Shown: positions 14,283 to 27,532, counted from the first letter of the stretch. The stretch is DNA of 64,000 nucleotides from Octopus vulgaris (GCA_951406725.2 OX597821.1:72850001-72914000); one strand, 5' to 3'. The notes: a model not told the origin generated them from the sequence alone. Program-made: numbers and translations.

Positions 14283-14620
14283 GTTTGATCTCAGAGCTGT
14301 GGCCATGCTGGAGCACCGCCGTTTTGTTACACAGTTATTATTGAGAGCCTCCTCTAATATGTGGCATTTGGTGAAGAATGAAGTTTGATGTGGTTACCCT
14401 CATTTGCACACCTTGCCGTGAGCTAGGTTCATCTGGGACTCTCGACGGGAAGAGGTCCAGCCTTGATTTAAAAACGCCTACATCTACTTTGTGCAGGTTC
14501 CTCAGGCTCTTTGGGAGAATATCACAAAAATGTGGGCCCCTTAAACCCAGGTTGTTGCAGTAATTGGTCCTGAAGCGCGATGGCATTGCTGGGATCTTTG
14601 CCACTGTGCAGTGTCGACCT
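14283..14620 (-). mobile_element. CR1/L2-group LINE 3' end
   Basis: RGP....LPKSLRNL..VDVGVFKSRLDLF.SRVPDEP.....R...SN...Q followed by the tail ggcggtgctccagcatggccacagct. Confidence 0.8.
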
Positions 14621-15167
14621 GATTATTTCGTTTTGCTTTTGAATACTTTGTTGAAATAAAACTGAATTATTAACGTTATTAGTTTCATAACGTTCTACGT
14701 TCCCGATTTGTCCGTATTGCAACAATTTGTCGAGTTGTCCCCAGTGGATTAGATTACAATGAAAAGTAAACAGAAATTCAAAGTTAGCGATATTAAATTC
14801 CACGACTCTTTTATGCTTGGATGGAAATACAAAACTTCGTTCAGTTGAATAATTGAAATTGTGTTTCAAAGTTTTGAAAATATTTCGCTCATTTTTGTGC
14901 TTCTCTTGGTTTCAAATGCATATTTCTAATACAGTCAAAGCATTTTTAAAATTTACTATTTTCTGTAAGTTTTTAGCAAAGAAATAGTATATATTTAATC
15001 GTCAGAAGTGTTGTGAAAATATCTATTACAATAAGCATAGAATTTCAAGTGAAGCTAGAAGACAGCTTTCTACATTGAAAATGAGTAAAGACGATTGAAA
15101 ATGTAATTTATCTCTTGTTCTCTGGCTCTCGTCACTAAATCGCAGAAATACTCATTTATATATATAT

Positions 15168-15264
<97 letters not shown>

Positions 15265-15266
<2 letters not shown>

Positions 15267-15717
15267 TAGCAGCTAAGCCTGGTTCCAACCGGTTGGTTTG
15301 GAAGATGTGGTTGTAAAACCTGCTCTGTGTAAGCATTCGACTTGTTTGGGCCTGCTTACGTTAAAACAATTTTTTTCTGTCAAAACGCTAAAAATAACTG
15401 ACCAGCAAATAAAAAAGAAACTAACCAAGATTCAACCAAATCAAAAAAATAAACCCAAATACAAAGCGAACAAAAATGAACCATCCCACTTTCATTGCAC
15501 GCACACACCCACGCACACCCATACACAAATTCTCATGCCACCTCTTTTACATACACGCACATATATTCACACAGAGTTGAAACGCTGTTTGATTTATTTT
15601 TTCAGCGTATAATTTTCATTATCCCACTACCAAGTATGACATCACACCTTCCGTCCTTATTCAACTATCATCCCCTCCTTTCTCATTCATAAACACAAGA
15701 GTATTATTATAGTAGAT
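15265..15717 (+). mobile_element. Non-autonomous Helitron/Helentron-like element
   Basis: Starts ACTAGC directly after (TA)n, has a short hairpin nearby and ends ...ttattatagtagat, termini recalled as typical of Lep1/HINE-like elements. Confidence 0.5.
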
Positions 15718-15869
15718 TATCTCGGTAACCAAGGGTGCTATGAAAAAATACAAAGCCCAGCAACAGCACTGGATCATTCTACACATTTGTGTAATTTTTC
15801 GCGCAATTCCACGCAGCCGTTTGACCGAGAATCCCAAGACAAGAAAGAATCGCCCATGTCAAATTTATA

Positions 15870-16280
15870 TACTCTTTGCTCTTTTACTTGTTTCAGTCAT
15901 TTGACTGCGGCCATGCTGGAGCACCGCCTTTAGTCGAGCAAATCGACCCCAGGACTTATTCTTTGTAAGCCCAGTACTTATTCTATCAGTCTCTTTTGCC
16001 GAACCGCTAAGTGACGGGGACGTAAACACACCAGCATCGGTTGTCAAGCAATGCTAGGGGGACAAACACAGACACACAAACACATACACACACACACATA
16101 TATATATACATATATACGACAGGCTTCTTTCAGTTTCCGTCTACCAAATCCACTCACAAGGCATTGGTCGGCCCGGGGCTATAGCAGAAGACACCTGCCC
16201 AAGATGCCACGCAGTGGGACTGAACCCGGAACCATGTGGTTGGTTAGCAAGCTACTTACCACACAGCCACTCCTGCGCCT
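15870..16280 (-). mobile_element. SINE family B (tRNA-like head, CORE-like motif, internal microsatellite, LINE-derived tail)
   Basis: Reverse complement of 36553-36988. Confidence 0.92.
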
Positions 16281-17448
16281 ATGTATAGATAATATAAAAA
16301 ACAAACTGACAGTAAGAGGACGTCATAATGAAACGTGTTTTAAATGGTGTGACGTCACAAGCTATATATAATTGGTTCGAAATCATAACGCAAAAGTCTT
16401 AGAATGCCATGAGACAATAGCATAAAACAGTATTAACCATTATTTATTTAGTGTATTTCTCTATTCACAAATATGTAGAAATAAACCAGAGAATAGAATC
16501 GCTTTCGCAGATAAATATTCAGGTTTTTGCAAATTCACAGCTTTTTCAAAGTTTTTTTATCGACTATCGCTACTTTCAGATTGAAAAATAAAGATAAAAT
16601 AAAGTGTTGATTTTAATCATACATACCGAATACCACACACACACACACACACACAGACACACACACACACACACAGACACACACACACAGACACATACAG
16701 ACACACAGACACACACACGCACACACACAATACGCACATATAGGTATATATTTACATGTGTATATAGATATACATACATATGAGTATATATATACATATT
16801 TATATATATATATATACACACATGTATACATTTATACGTTGATGAATGATGACGATGATGATATTGTTAACATTGCTGAATATATTGTTGATGATGATGA
16901 TGATAATTATGATGATGATAGTTACAATAATTTTAGAATTATACATTTTTCTTGCCATTTTACATTAGTTTAGAAATATCAGTAATATCAGTTATTTTTC
17001 AGTTATTTCTCTATTTTTCCAACTAGTACTTGCACAACCCATTTAGATTTTCACTCATTTATTCATTCGCTCAGTTGCTCATTTGTTTCTATATACTTAT
17101 ATGTTATTCACACCCTTGTCCTTGCAGTTACCAGCTTTTCTCACTCGCTAATCTGTATCACTCATACATGAGTGTGTATTCATCCTTTACATTTGAATAA
17201 ATAGACATACTTCAATGTTTACTGGCTGGTGTCTGTCGACTTTATATCCTCTCTGTTTTCTTATTTGCCGTATAAATCATGGGTAAATACTCTTCTACCC
17301 CCGCCCAGATATAATACTCAAGTGCGAGATTGCCACACAATAACTAGCACTTAGGTATGAATAATTGGGCACTCTATTAACAGTATATTGGATAGGTACT
17401 ATCCCTTAGTTGGTTCCTCAACCTCTAACTCACACAGAAATACACACA

Positions 17449-17514
<66 letters not shown>

Positions 17515-18032
17515 CATATATATGTTTGTATGTATTTATATATACTAGCATTAAAGACCCGTCGTTGCCTGGTCATAGTGCTAGTGCATGTATATATGTG
17601 TATATATATATATGTACATATTCCATGTACATCTATATATATACATCTACACATAAAATGCAAAATACAAAGTTATATCTTGATATCGCTAGTGATAACA
17701 ATACTCAAAATATATAACAGACTGGAATTATTAGCTCTTCTTTTTTCTCTACATTGTATACTTTATAGACAATAGTCTTTTCTTTAATTTAATTTTTTAT
17801 TACCCATCTGGAGTATTCCATTTTATTGTGTTTTTACTCTTTATCTTATATTAAACTTTTAATACTTTTTGATAGTTATATAATTAAAAAAATAAATAAA
17901 TATATATATATATATATATATTTAAAATTTATAAGTTTAAATTATTTAAATAATTTAAAAAATTTTAACTTTAATTTAAATATTTTAATTTGGAATTTTA
18001 TATATATTTGCTTATTTATTTAACTATTACCT

Positions 18033-18132
18033 TTAACCTGAAGATTGACTAAGATTATAATTCGAATTTTTAATTGAATTTAAATTATTGTAATTCGAAT
18101 TGGGTTATGGCTATGAAACGTACGTAGTGGTT
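18033..18132 (+). ncRNA. Decayed hammerhead
   Basis: CTGAAGA at 18038 and GAAAC-gtac-GTA at 18115 with palindrome ACGTACGT; stem I is weak. Confidence 0.55.
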
Positions 18133-18300
18133 TTACTTATTATATTATATTAAACTTTTTAATACCTTTTTTGATAGTTATTAAAAAAAAATTATTAAAA
18201 AAAATTACAAATATAAATAAAAAAAATTTAAATTTAAATAATTTAATTTTAAATTTTATATTTTATATATTTTGTATATTATATTAATCATATTTATTTT

Positions 18301-18450
18301 TATGTTTTGGTTTATGTTTTTCACTGTTTGATTTGCCTAACGGTGGTTTTATCTCTAATATAATTTATATTTATACTGTGAAATTTGATTTAATCCTAAA
18401 TCTAATTTTTCCCTGTAAGTTTGGATTTACTCCCTAATATTATTATTATT

Positions 18451-18500
<50 letters not shown>

Positions 18501-18520
18501 GCAACTATCCTGATATACAC

Positions 18521-18567
<47 letters not shown>

Positions 18568-18774
18568 TTGGTTTACACTGTTTGATTTGCCTAACGGTGG
18601 TTTTATCTCTAATATAATTTATATTTATACTGTGAAATTTGATTTAATCCTAAATCTAATTTTCCCTGTAAGTTTGGATTTACTCCTAATATTATTATTA
18701 TTATTATAGTATATATATATATATATACGTATATATGCACGCAACCTCATCCTGATATACACATAGGTGTATGT

Positions 18775-18835
<61 letters not shown>
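18301..18835 (+). repeat. Tandem direct duplication, about 255-bp period
   Basis: actgtttgatttgcctaacggtgg...ccctgtaagtttggatttactcc...cgcaac..atcctgatatacacat occurs twice, each copy with (TA)n. Confidence 0.92.
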
Positions 18836-18837
<2 letters not shown>

Positions 18838-19082
18838 AGACACTTATACATATAAATATACGCATACAGATACATAAACATATACATGCATACTCATACA
18901 GGCATACATTCACACTCACCGTAACAAGTATTTTGTCATATGTATGTATTGGCGTATAAACGAAACTCATACACATTATTTACATGCGACCTACAGTGTT
19001 TACATTATTAGAGCTGCTTTCATTTCAAAATTTAATTATATCTTATTTATATTATATGTGTGTGATGTGTGTGTGCATGCAA

Positions 19083-19130
<48 letters not shown>

Positions 19131-19228
19131 AAAACGGTAAGATAACAAAAGAAAGAAAGAGACCTCAATATTATGTAAATAGAGGAAATTTATCTATGCA
19201 ATAATATGTTACATTACTCGATAGTCAA

Positions 19229-19289
19229 GATAAAACTCTGAGTTTCAGATGCCGAAGTGGAAATCCACAACACCGTCTCTTCGCTTATC
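19229..19289 (-). ncRNA. Hammerhead-like motif in the Naiad 3' region (core mutated)
   Basis: Minus strand: gataa-GCGAAGA-...-GAAAC-tcaga-GTT-ttatc; stems intact, CUGA altered to GCGA. Confidence 0.6.
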
Positions 19290-19514
19290 TGGCTATTTGA
19301 AAACGCTATGAAAAAACGCTATGAAAAAATACCGTTATACAAAGGGAAATTACTGTGTTATAACTCTGCTTGCCTGCGTACTTATACATCGCTCGCATTT
19401 TTCGTCATAAAAATTATATAAAAATACATAAAAAATATATAAAAAATATATAAAAATATATAAAATCTTCTTGGGACATAACATAGAAAACAGATAGAAC
19501 ATAGAAAGCATGTT

Positions 19515-19985
19515 CTATCTGTTTTCTTTAGGGGACCAAAAACGTAACAGAAATTTAGTCACATGTGGGCATGATCCGAAAAGTTCTGTCCTTGTGTTTA
19601 GACATGTAGTAGGGTCTAAGCTGCTTTTCCAGATAAGCCATCTCTCCATGTCGCATAGACCGCACCTTCCGCTGCCGTTGGTATAGGGCTTACATCTGGC
19701 CAAAATCTTCCAATATATGTTATAATCGACACCTTTATCTCTTAAAGACCAAATATGATTAGATAATTGTGTCGCTTTTCTTTTGTTCCAGTGCCTAAAG
19801 CTCAAAGTGTGGTTATTGAACCTGGCCTTGAAGTTACCCTCTGTAAGGCCCACGTATTTCTTCGTCGAAACGGTGTCTTTAGTGGTTATAGAGTTTACGG
19901 TAGTTTCATATATGATGGTCTTGGACATGCAAGCTCCATTTAGCGGGCACAATTCTTTATTCCTGCATGAACAGCTGTTTTCTTG
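19515..19985 (-). pseudogene. PLE GIY-YIG endonuclease with a CxC-x5-C-x5-C knuckle
   Basis: CSCRNKELCPLNGAC, IIYETT...YVGLTEGNFKARFNNH, T.LS.HIW.L, CGLC..E and LNTRTELFGSCPH. Confidence 0.9.
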
Positions 19986-20011
19986 TTGTGTTTTTTGTAT
20001 GTTATGTTTGA

Positions 20012-20845
20012 TTATGTTTTTAAAATTGGTAGTGGAACTAAAACTAATTTTAAATTGTGTCTATTGAAGAGTTTCCTATAAGTATGGTTAACTGGAAAAT
20101 GTCTATCTATCAGTGCTAGGAAATATTTACCTATATTGAAGGCCAACCAGATGACCTTCCTATTTCTATTATTCCTTTTCCTTACTGTTGGGCTAGTAAT
20201 GGGTGTATATTTTATTTTTTCGCTAAAACCACTATCTTTTAAAGCTTTATTATAAACTGGGGCAACGCTATTGAAGATGTCCTTATCAGAGGAGAGGCTA
20301 GAAATCCTCTTACTAATATTTTTAACTAAATTTTTGAATACTATAGGGGGATGGCATGAACCTACATTAATATAACTTAGTCTATCATTGGGCTTCCTAT
20401 AAGGCTTATAAATATTCTTATTAAGATCTAAGGAAACGTCTAAGAAATTGACAACCGTCAAGTTAGTATCTATAGTTATACTAAGTCCGAAGTATTTCAT
20501 TAACTGGATAATATCCTTCCTAAAACGATCTTGTGCTGGTCCATTTGTATTAGCTGTTAAGGCGAGGGCATCATCTTTGTAGATGGCGAAATGTACGTTA
20601 GGGAATGTCTTACCTAAGGTATCTAGGAGAAAAAGTCCAATTAGATCGCAGATGCCTGCCCCATCATATGAACCCATGCTCACATCGAAAGCGCCCTCTG
20701 TGTCGGTGTTTTTTACCCACTTTGCGTTCTCACTGAAAAGTAAGGTCTTTCTAGCATGGAAGATTATGTCCTTATCATTGGTACTAATTTCTATGAAGTC
20801 GCTAGCGAAGATGAGGGCTTTATCTAGCAGTTCTTTAGAGTTCTT
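20012..20845 (-). pseudogene. PLE reverse transcriptase, C-terminal half and thumb
   Basis: Translation has FDVSMGSYDGAGICDLIGLFLL, AIYKDDALAL (YxDD), VNFLDVSLDL, YKPYRKPND and YINVGSCHPP. It is frameshifted before the endonuclease. Confidence 0.9.
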
Positions 20846-20850
20846 TGCTG

Positions 20851-21278
20851 GTAGATAACAGCAAATACACACAACTCTTACACAACAGCATCATTAATAA
20901 TTATACTAAGGCTAGGGCACAGACATATAACGAAATTAATAAAGAAGCTAGCGTCATCGCCGCTAAACTTAAATTAGATAAAAAAAATAGAAGCCCTTCC
21001 CCCAAAAGAGGCCTTTATTACTATTAAAGATCACAAAGAAAACTTCCTTTCCAACCCTAAATGTAGGCTTATCAACCCAGCCAAGTCAGAACTTGGGATT
21101 ATTAGTAAAGAAATTTTAGATAAAATAAATGCGAAAATTAAGACCGATACTAGGCTAGTACAATGGTCCAATAGTATAGAAGTCGTAGACTGGTTTAAAG
21201 CCATTAAGAATAAGAAAAAAGCGAGGTTTACACAATTCGATATTGTTGATTTTTATGCCTCTATCTCTAAGGAACTTA
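20851..21278 (+). pseudogene. Inverted N-terminal RT fragment of the same PLE
   Basis: With one frameshift in an A-run it reads EAFITIKDHKENFLSNPKCRLINPAKSELG...FTQFDIVDFYASISKEL. It ends exactly where the minus-strand ORF begins (SKELLDKAL). Confidence 0.85.
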
Positions 21279-21522
21279 CTTTTCAGACCTGCTTTCTCTT
21301 CTGCGAGTCTTACGAATAGCAAATGACCACGTTTCGGACTTCTCTCATCTTGCGAGCTCTAGGACGAAGACCGTTCGCTCAACAGCAACATTAGCAGCAG
21401 TGATGATGTCAGCTTTTCGGCAATCGGTGTGAATACTCATGATACATATAACTCTTCACTACTCCTCCATCTCAGCTAACTTTTTCCCATTTACGACTTT
21501 AATCTTTATGCTCTCCAATACC

Positions 21523-21749
21523 TATTTCTTCACTACCCACAAGGGGCTAAACACAGAGGGGACAAACAAGGACAGACAAACGGATTAAGTCGATTGTATC
21601 GACCCAGTGCTTAACTGGTACTTAATTTATCGACCCCGAAAGGATGAAAGGCAAAGTCGACCTCGGCGGAATTTGAACTCAGAACGTAACGGCAGACGAA
21701 ATACCGCAAAGCATTTCGCCCGGCGTGCTAACGCTTCTGCCAGCTCGCT
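21523..21749 (-). mobile_element. SINE A with an 11-bp TSD
   Basis: Full consensus; tctccaatacc at 21512-21522 and 21750-21760. Confidence 0.92.
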
Positions 21750-22176
21750 TCTCCAATACCGTCGACTATTCACCAATGCATCAAGCTATTCTTGATAAAA
21801 GAAGTCGCCAAACTCCCTGTATATAAGAAGATGGAAAAAGTTGCAGCTTCGCCTCCGATAATCGGACCTCATGTTTGTTGTGTGTATGTCTGACTAAGAA
21901 TTTGTATGTTTACATAGAATTTAAATCAGTGAAATGGAGAAATGGTCATTTCGGTAAATATTTGCAATATTTCGAGTATTGCTGACATTATCGAACCACT
22001 GTCAATATTTTATTTGTTTCACACTTGACCGAATTCAACGAAATGGTTTCTGTCTCAATCGAAAAGTAAAAAAAAATATTTCTAAGCAATTACCAATTTA
22101 TTTAAGCTTTTTCTCATGTCCAAACGTAATCCCTCGCGCTCACTCAAACCGCAACACCAACGGCGAATATATTACA

Positions 22177-22212
<36 letters not shown>

Positions 22213-22226
22213 ACACACACACAGAG

Positions 22227-22261
<35 letters not shown>

Positions 22262-22607
22262 CACACACACATGTATGTATATATGTGTGTACGTATGTAC
22301 GTACGTACGATGGTATGTATGTATACACACATATATATCATATATGTATATGTATATATGTGTATATATATATGTGTGTATATATATATATACACACACA
22401 AAGTAAGATAGGGGTTATGGGTGTAACCCACTATGGGATAGCATTTATCCAATATACTGTTGGTAAAGTGCCCAGATTCTTAATACATAAATGTTTTTAA
22501 TTGCAATGCAATTAACTTATTTATTGTATTAAACGGGTGAAGGTAAAGAAATATTTTTACCTTAAATTAATAATACAAATAAGTCTCCATTTTCTTATTT
22601 GTATTAC

Positions 22608-22717
<110 letters not shown>

Positions 22718-23315
22718 ACGTTAATACATACACACATACACATAGAACTAATTGATATTGTAACTTAGAAAGATGAAATAAATGCTGTTGAAGAATTCAG
22801 TTGTCTGGTTGCATCACTTTTCATCTGCCATTCAGAATGTCTTCACCTTATTCTTAAGTAAAAAACAAACAAAAACAAAGTAACGCAAAGTTAATTCTAT
22901 CGTTTCTGCGCATGACTGGTAACTGCAGTAAACGCTAAAGTTTGATGGCTTTAACAATTTCTTGACGGTAATCTAGTCAATTCAAAGCCAAAGTTACAGT
23001 CTCCAGTCGCTTCTAAAAAGAATTTTCTCTGCCATCTATTGTTTCAAATCTTTCATTTATTGTTAAAATAATGGTCGCCTGGAATGGTTAGTTTTTTTTT
23101 TAAAGAAGTACAATTGAATTGTGCCTTTGACATTTCGCTGAAATATGTTCGTCATTTATATTTTGTAGGAACCAACATTCTTATTTTATCGCCAATCATT
23201 TGATCTATAGATACGGGCAAGAAATATTCTGAAATTCCCAGATCAATAAAATTGTTCTGTTATATACGTATTATAACAAGAAACGCAAACAGGACGCAAA
23301 CACGTGCATATACAT

Positions 23316-23349
<34 letters not shown>

Positions 23350-25391
23350 GCGTATATATTATATGTGTGTTAGTTGTAGACATACTCATACTCCATCATA
23401 CTCCACCTACACACATTCTTGCTCCGGACACAGAAAATATGCGGAACATTGGAAAGTGCGTGTGTGTGTGAGAGAGAGAAAAAGAGGGAGAAAGAGAGGA
23501 AGGGGTGAGAAAGAGTGGGAGAAAGAGAGTGGGAGAGAGAGAGAGAGAAAGAGAGGGAGAGAGAAAAAGAGGGAGAAAGGGAGAGAGAGAGAGTGAGAAA
23601 AAGTGGGAGAAAGAGAGTGGGAGAGAGAGTGAAAGCGAGAGCGCGCGGAAGAGAAAGAAAGACAGAGAGTGAGAAAATTGCACGGTTTGAATTCTTTAGG
23701 TAATAAAGCTTTTATATTTCCGTTGATAGCAGCACGAGTTAAAGATATTTTTCTTTTGAAGTTGAAAGCCGTGAAAGGCCAATATTTGCATCATGTTTGT
23801 CATTTACTTAAGTGGTCACAACTCCCAAGCTGCTCAATGGAGGTGGACAATTCGTTTTTCTCACCAACAATTTCTTATCATCGCTATTCACAAGAGTAGT
23901 GATGTTGAAAATTCCTTTCGAAAACATCGAACCTTTTATGGAATGTGTACTTTCGCTCCATTTCTTGTGTTAACATTTGCCTAACCAATGGTTCGCCGTT
24001 ATACGATCGAAGGAAAAATTCCGTCAGCGTACGTTATTCTGATTTTTCCTGTTTTTCTATTTTCTGCCGCTGTTTTGTCTGTTTAGTTACGACACCCGTG
24101 CGGTCTTCGGTTTATGTCTTGTTGCGTAGCAAGAACGGTAGTGTAAAAGAGAAACGTTCTCGAAATCCCCACTTGAAACCATATATCTTTCTTTACTTCT
24201 GATAATGTCATTAGGAAAATCAGAAATGTCACAAGACGCGTTTTTCTTCCAGAAAATTCTCAGAGTCGGTAATGAATTTTCATAAGATGTTATGGCATTG
24301 GTACGGACCAGTTAGGGACATACTCAATGAAACAGTTATTTTTTATTGAGATTTTACAAAGAAACAAACATATTTACAGGTTCTTTTTCTGTTCTATTTT
24401 AGTCAGGCAATAATAATGATGTAGAAATAATTCATTTGCGTTTCGGTCAAAGAACTACTCCTTGAACAATTCTCGAAACTTTTGCACTAATGAATCACGA
24501 AAATTGTCTCTTCGCAGTCTGTTGACCAGTTGCAAAGAGCAGCCAAATTTCCATTAACTCTAAGCCTAAATAAATAAATAAATAAAAAGACTGAAAATTT
24601 AGGTTTGAAGAGCTTTTGATCATATTATGCTCATTCACGACTGACAACAACAGACGACGGCAACAACAACAACAAGTATTGAACAAAAATACACATTTTA
24701 GTCTTCAGGTTTTGAGTCCAAACAGGTTAATAACCAGTGAGGTGCCAAGCGATGTAGAAGTACGAGAGGTAACAAACCGGAAAGCGGAATCGGTTGGCAG
24801 AGTCGTTAGATCGTCGGGAAAATGCGATATTTGTCTCGGGTCATCGCGTTTTCAGTTCAACATTGCATTTTACTTTTCCAGGATCGATACAATAGAGTGA
24901 ATCGATTTCTCTCTTTGTCCTAGACTCGGAATCAGTTGCACTGTCAGAAGGATGTATGGAATGGATAGAATCACTGAGAATATCTCTTTCTCCAAGACAA
25001 CCGATTCTTACAGATTTGACGCTGAAGATTTTATCACTAAATTAGGTTCGCAGTGAGGTTTCGATTTCCGATCTCGCTTTTTAAAAATTTCTTTTACGCT
25101 GCAAACATTCTCAAAGAAAAAAATAAGAATCGAAGTGTCATTAATTATATCCTATTTCGTTTCACTTTATTTTATGAAACTTATTTTGATGTAACAGATC
25201 GATTTTCTTTGCATGTCTTGAATGAAGGTATAGTTAGAGCTGTGGAGATAATATGAACTGGATACTGAAGGGTAGAGATGGATGTCTCACCAGAAAAAGG
25301 GCTGGGCTGGAGAGCAGAACGAGATTTTTCACTAAACTGAAGAAGAGTATCTTTTTGTTATCTAAATACTTATACATGTGTATCTTTATCC

Positions 25392-25497
25392 AGCAGTACC
25401 ACTGCGTAGTACCTTGGGCAAGTATCTTCTACTATAGCTTCGAGTCGACCAATGTCTTATGAGTGGATTTAGTAGATGGAAACTGAAAGAAGCCCAT
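25392..25497 (+). mobile_element. SINE B fragment
   Basis: ccactgcgtagtaccttgggcaagtatcttctactatagc...gaaactgaaagaagccc. Confidence 0.85.
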
Positions 25498-25515
25498 TCA
25501 ATATATATATATCGA

Positions 25516-26121
25516 ATGTATGTTAAATAAAAATAGACAACAAAGCCAAGGCTGTGTGGAAGTTTCAGGACATTTATAAAGAGAAAAGTAGTCTTACAGT
25601 TGTTTCTGGGATATTAGGGATATCCCTTCATCAGAGACGATGTGATTTGGTTAAATAGAGGGAAATAGTAGAAATAAAAATAAAAATAAGAATATATAAA
25701 AATTTTATAGTTGCAGTTCCATTACCCGAGGAAAGAAATGCTTCTTGCCCGTGGTATGTAAATTCCAATAGGAGTTCCTATTTTGTCATCATAAATGGAA
25801 AGTTTGGAGACGTAGATCCTATGTGCTGTTCATTCAAAGGGGTCGTGTGGTATGGACGAAAATTTGAGAATGTAGTGGTAGTATTAAGTGGATAGAGAGG
25901 GGACAAGAGATGTGTATGTTAAAATGAGGAGAGAGGTCAAAAGGAAAAGGTGAGAAAAGAAGAAGGAAAGAAAAGAAGAAGGAAAGAAAGAGAAAGAGAA
26001 AATGAAAACAAGAAGAGAAAATAAGAAAAAATGAAAAAATGAAAAATGTATAAGTTTATAAATGTCCTTTAAATTCCACACAACCTTGGCTTTGTTGCCT
26101 CATTCTATTTAACATATACAT
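25516..26121. repeat. Inverted repeat (arms 25516-25580 and 26055-26121)
   Basis: caacaaagccaaggctgtgtggaa..ggacatttataaa versus tttataaatgtcc..ttccacacaaccttggctttgttg. Confidence 0.88.
25591..25638 (-). ncRNA. Type I hammerhead ribozyme
   Basis: Minus strand: gtct-CTGATGA-a-gggat...atccc-a-GAAAC-aact-GTA-agac. Confidence 0.88.
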
Positions 26122-26257
26122 GCTCATACAAGACCCGCATTAGACTCCTCACTCGTATCATTACCGAACCGAGAGTTTAACTACAGTCCTTCCATAGAAC
26201 TTACATAGCGTTACCTGCCACCTTGGGTCTTCTGGATACCAATACCTCTTATATCGA

Positions 26258-26354
<97 letters not shown>

Positions 26355-26734
26355 GTATGTATATGTATATTGTTAGAACGCGGCATTCGTCCTGAAAGAA
26401 CCTCTCCTGTAGACGCATAGTGCTAAGAGCACATATATATCGTCAGTATACAACAGTCGTCTGGTATGGACGCCGGAGCTTTGAGGCCACATGATTTCAG
26501 CATACTGCACATCCTCAGTGACAGCCCCCGCTCGCCGCATAGCATCCGATTCTCACTGTCAATGATATATAGAATAACAGTAGCGCAGCAGTCACCAGGC
26601 TTATTAAAAAATAGTACACAATGACAATCTTTATATCCTACTCATTATATATCATACAAACTTATAAATATAGTATTTGTATATAAAATATTGCAACTCG
26701 TCCAGGAAGGTATCTTCTCTTAGTTCAATGGATC

Positions 26735-27140
26735 TAAGATGTTTGCTTCGCAGCTAGGTAGATTCGGGTTCAGTTCCGCTGCACGGCACCTTGGCTGGAT
26801 CTTCTGACATAGCCTCAGGCCAGCCAATAACTTGTGAGTGAATATGGCGGACGGAAACAATGCAGAAGCTGGTCGCATAAACAGTTACATGTGTATTTAT
26901 GTATGTGCGCGAGCACGCATGCGCGATGGCCTTTATGGTTATCTCTTCCCGCTTGGTAATCAGTATTAGTGTGTTTAAATCCTTGTAACTTAGCGATTTG
27001 GCAATAAGAAACGGATAGAAATAAGTATAGAATAACTTAAAGGAAGTACAGGGTTCCGTTTGATTGACTGAATTTTTCAAGGCGATGCCCCAGGATGGCC
27101 CCAGGATGGCCCCAGTACAGTAAGTAAAACAATAAAAGAT
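26735..27140 (+). mobile_element. SINE B (diverged)
   Basis: gggttcagttccgctgcacggcaccttgg...gatagaaataagta...aaggcgatgccccaggatggcc. Confidence 0.8.
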
Positions 27141-27164
27141 TTAATGAGAAAGCATATTGATTTC

Positions 27165-27371
27165 AAATTTTAGCGCAAGGCCAGCAATTTCAGGGGCGGG
27201 GGAAAGTCGATTAAATCGACCTCAGTGTTCAACTGGTATCTATTTTATTGACTCCGAAAGATGAAAGGCAAGGTCGGCACCGGCAGAATTTGAACTCAGA
27301 ACGTAAAGACGGACGAAATGCTGTGAATCATTTTGTCCGGCGTGCTAACGATTCTAACAGTTCATCGCCTT
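27165..27371 (-). mobile_element. SINE A (diverged)
   Basis: gatgaaaggcaaggtcg...atttgaactcagaacgtaaagacggacgaaatg. Confidence 0.85.
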
Positions 27372-27465
27372 AATGAAAATGTACGTTATATAATATAATG
27401 CGTTTTTTTTGTATTATTCGTTATAATTCATTTATATGAATATTATCTATTCTTCTTAGTTACAC

Positions 27466-27467
<2 letters not shown>

Positions 27468-27532
<65 letters not shown>

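Larger units (their letters stand above)
19128..21278 (-). mobile_element. Penelope-like retroelement (Naiad-type), 5'-truncated with an inverted 5' segment
   Basis: RT ORF 20012-20872, GIY-YIG ORF 19515-19952, an inverted upstream RT piece on + (about 20851-21278), and a hammerhead-like motif in the 3' region; the 3' end abuts (TA)n. Confidence 0.9.

Noticed and set aside
17760-18300. Mitochondrial insertion (numt) suggested by extreme AT content
   Set aside because: No recognisable mitochondrial gene or tRNA; the embedded hammerhead favours a PLE terminus.
21318-21352. Minus-strand gatga...gaaac-gtg-gtc motif
   Set aside because: The CU of the core is missing and stem II is poor; too decayed to call.
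26371-26720. Possible solo LTR starting TGTTAG (similar impression at 58855-59050)
   Set aside because: No matching CA end, TSD or second copy could be established.
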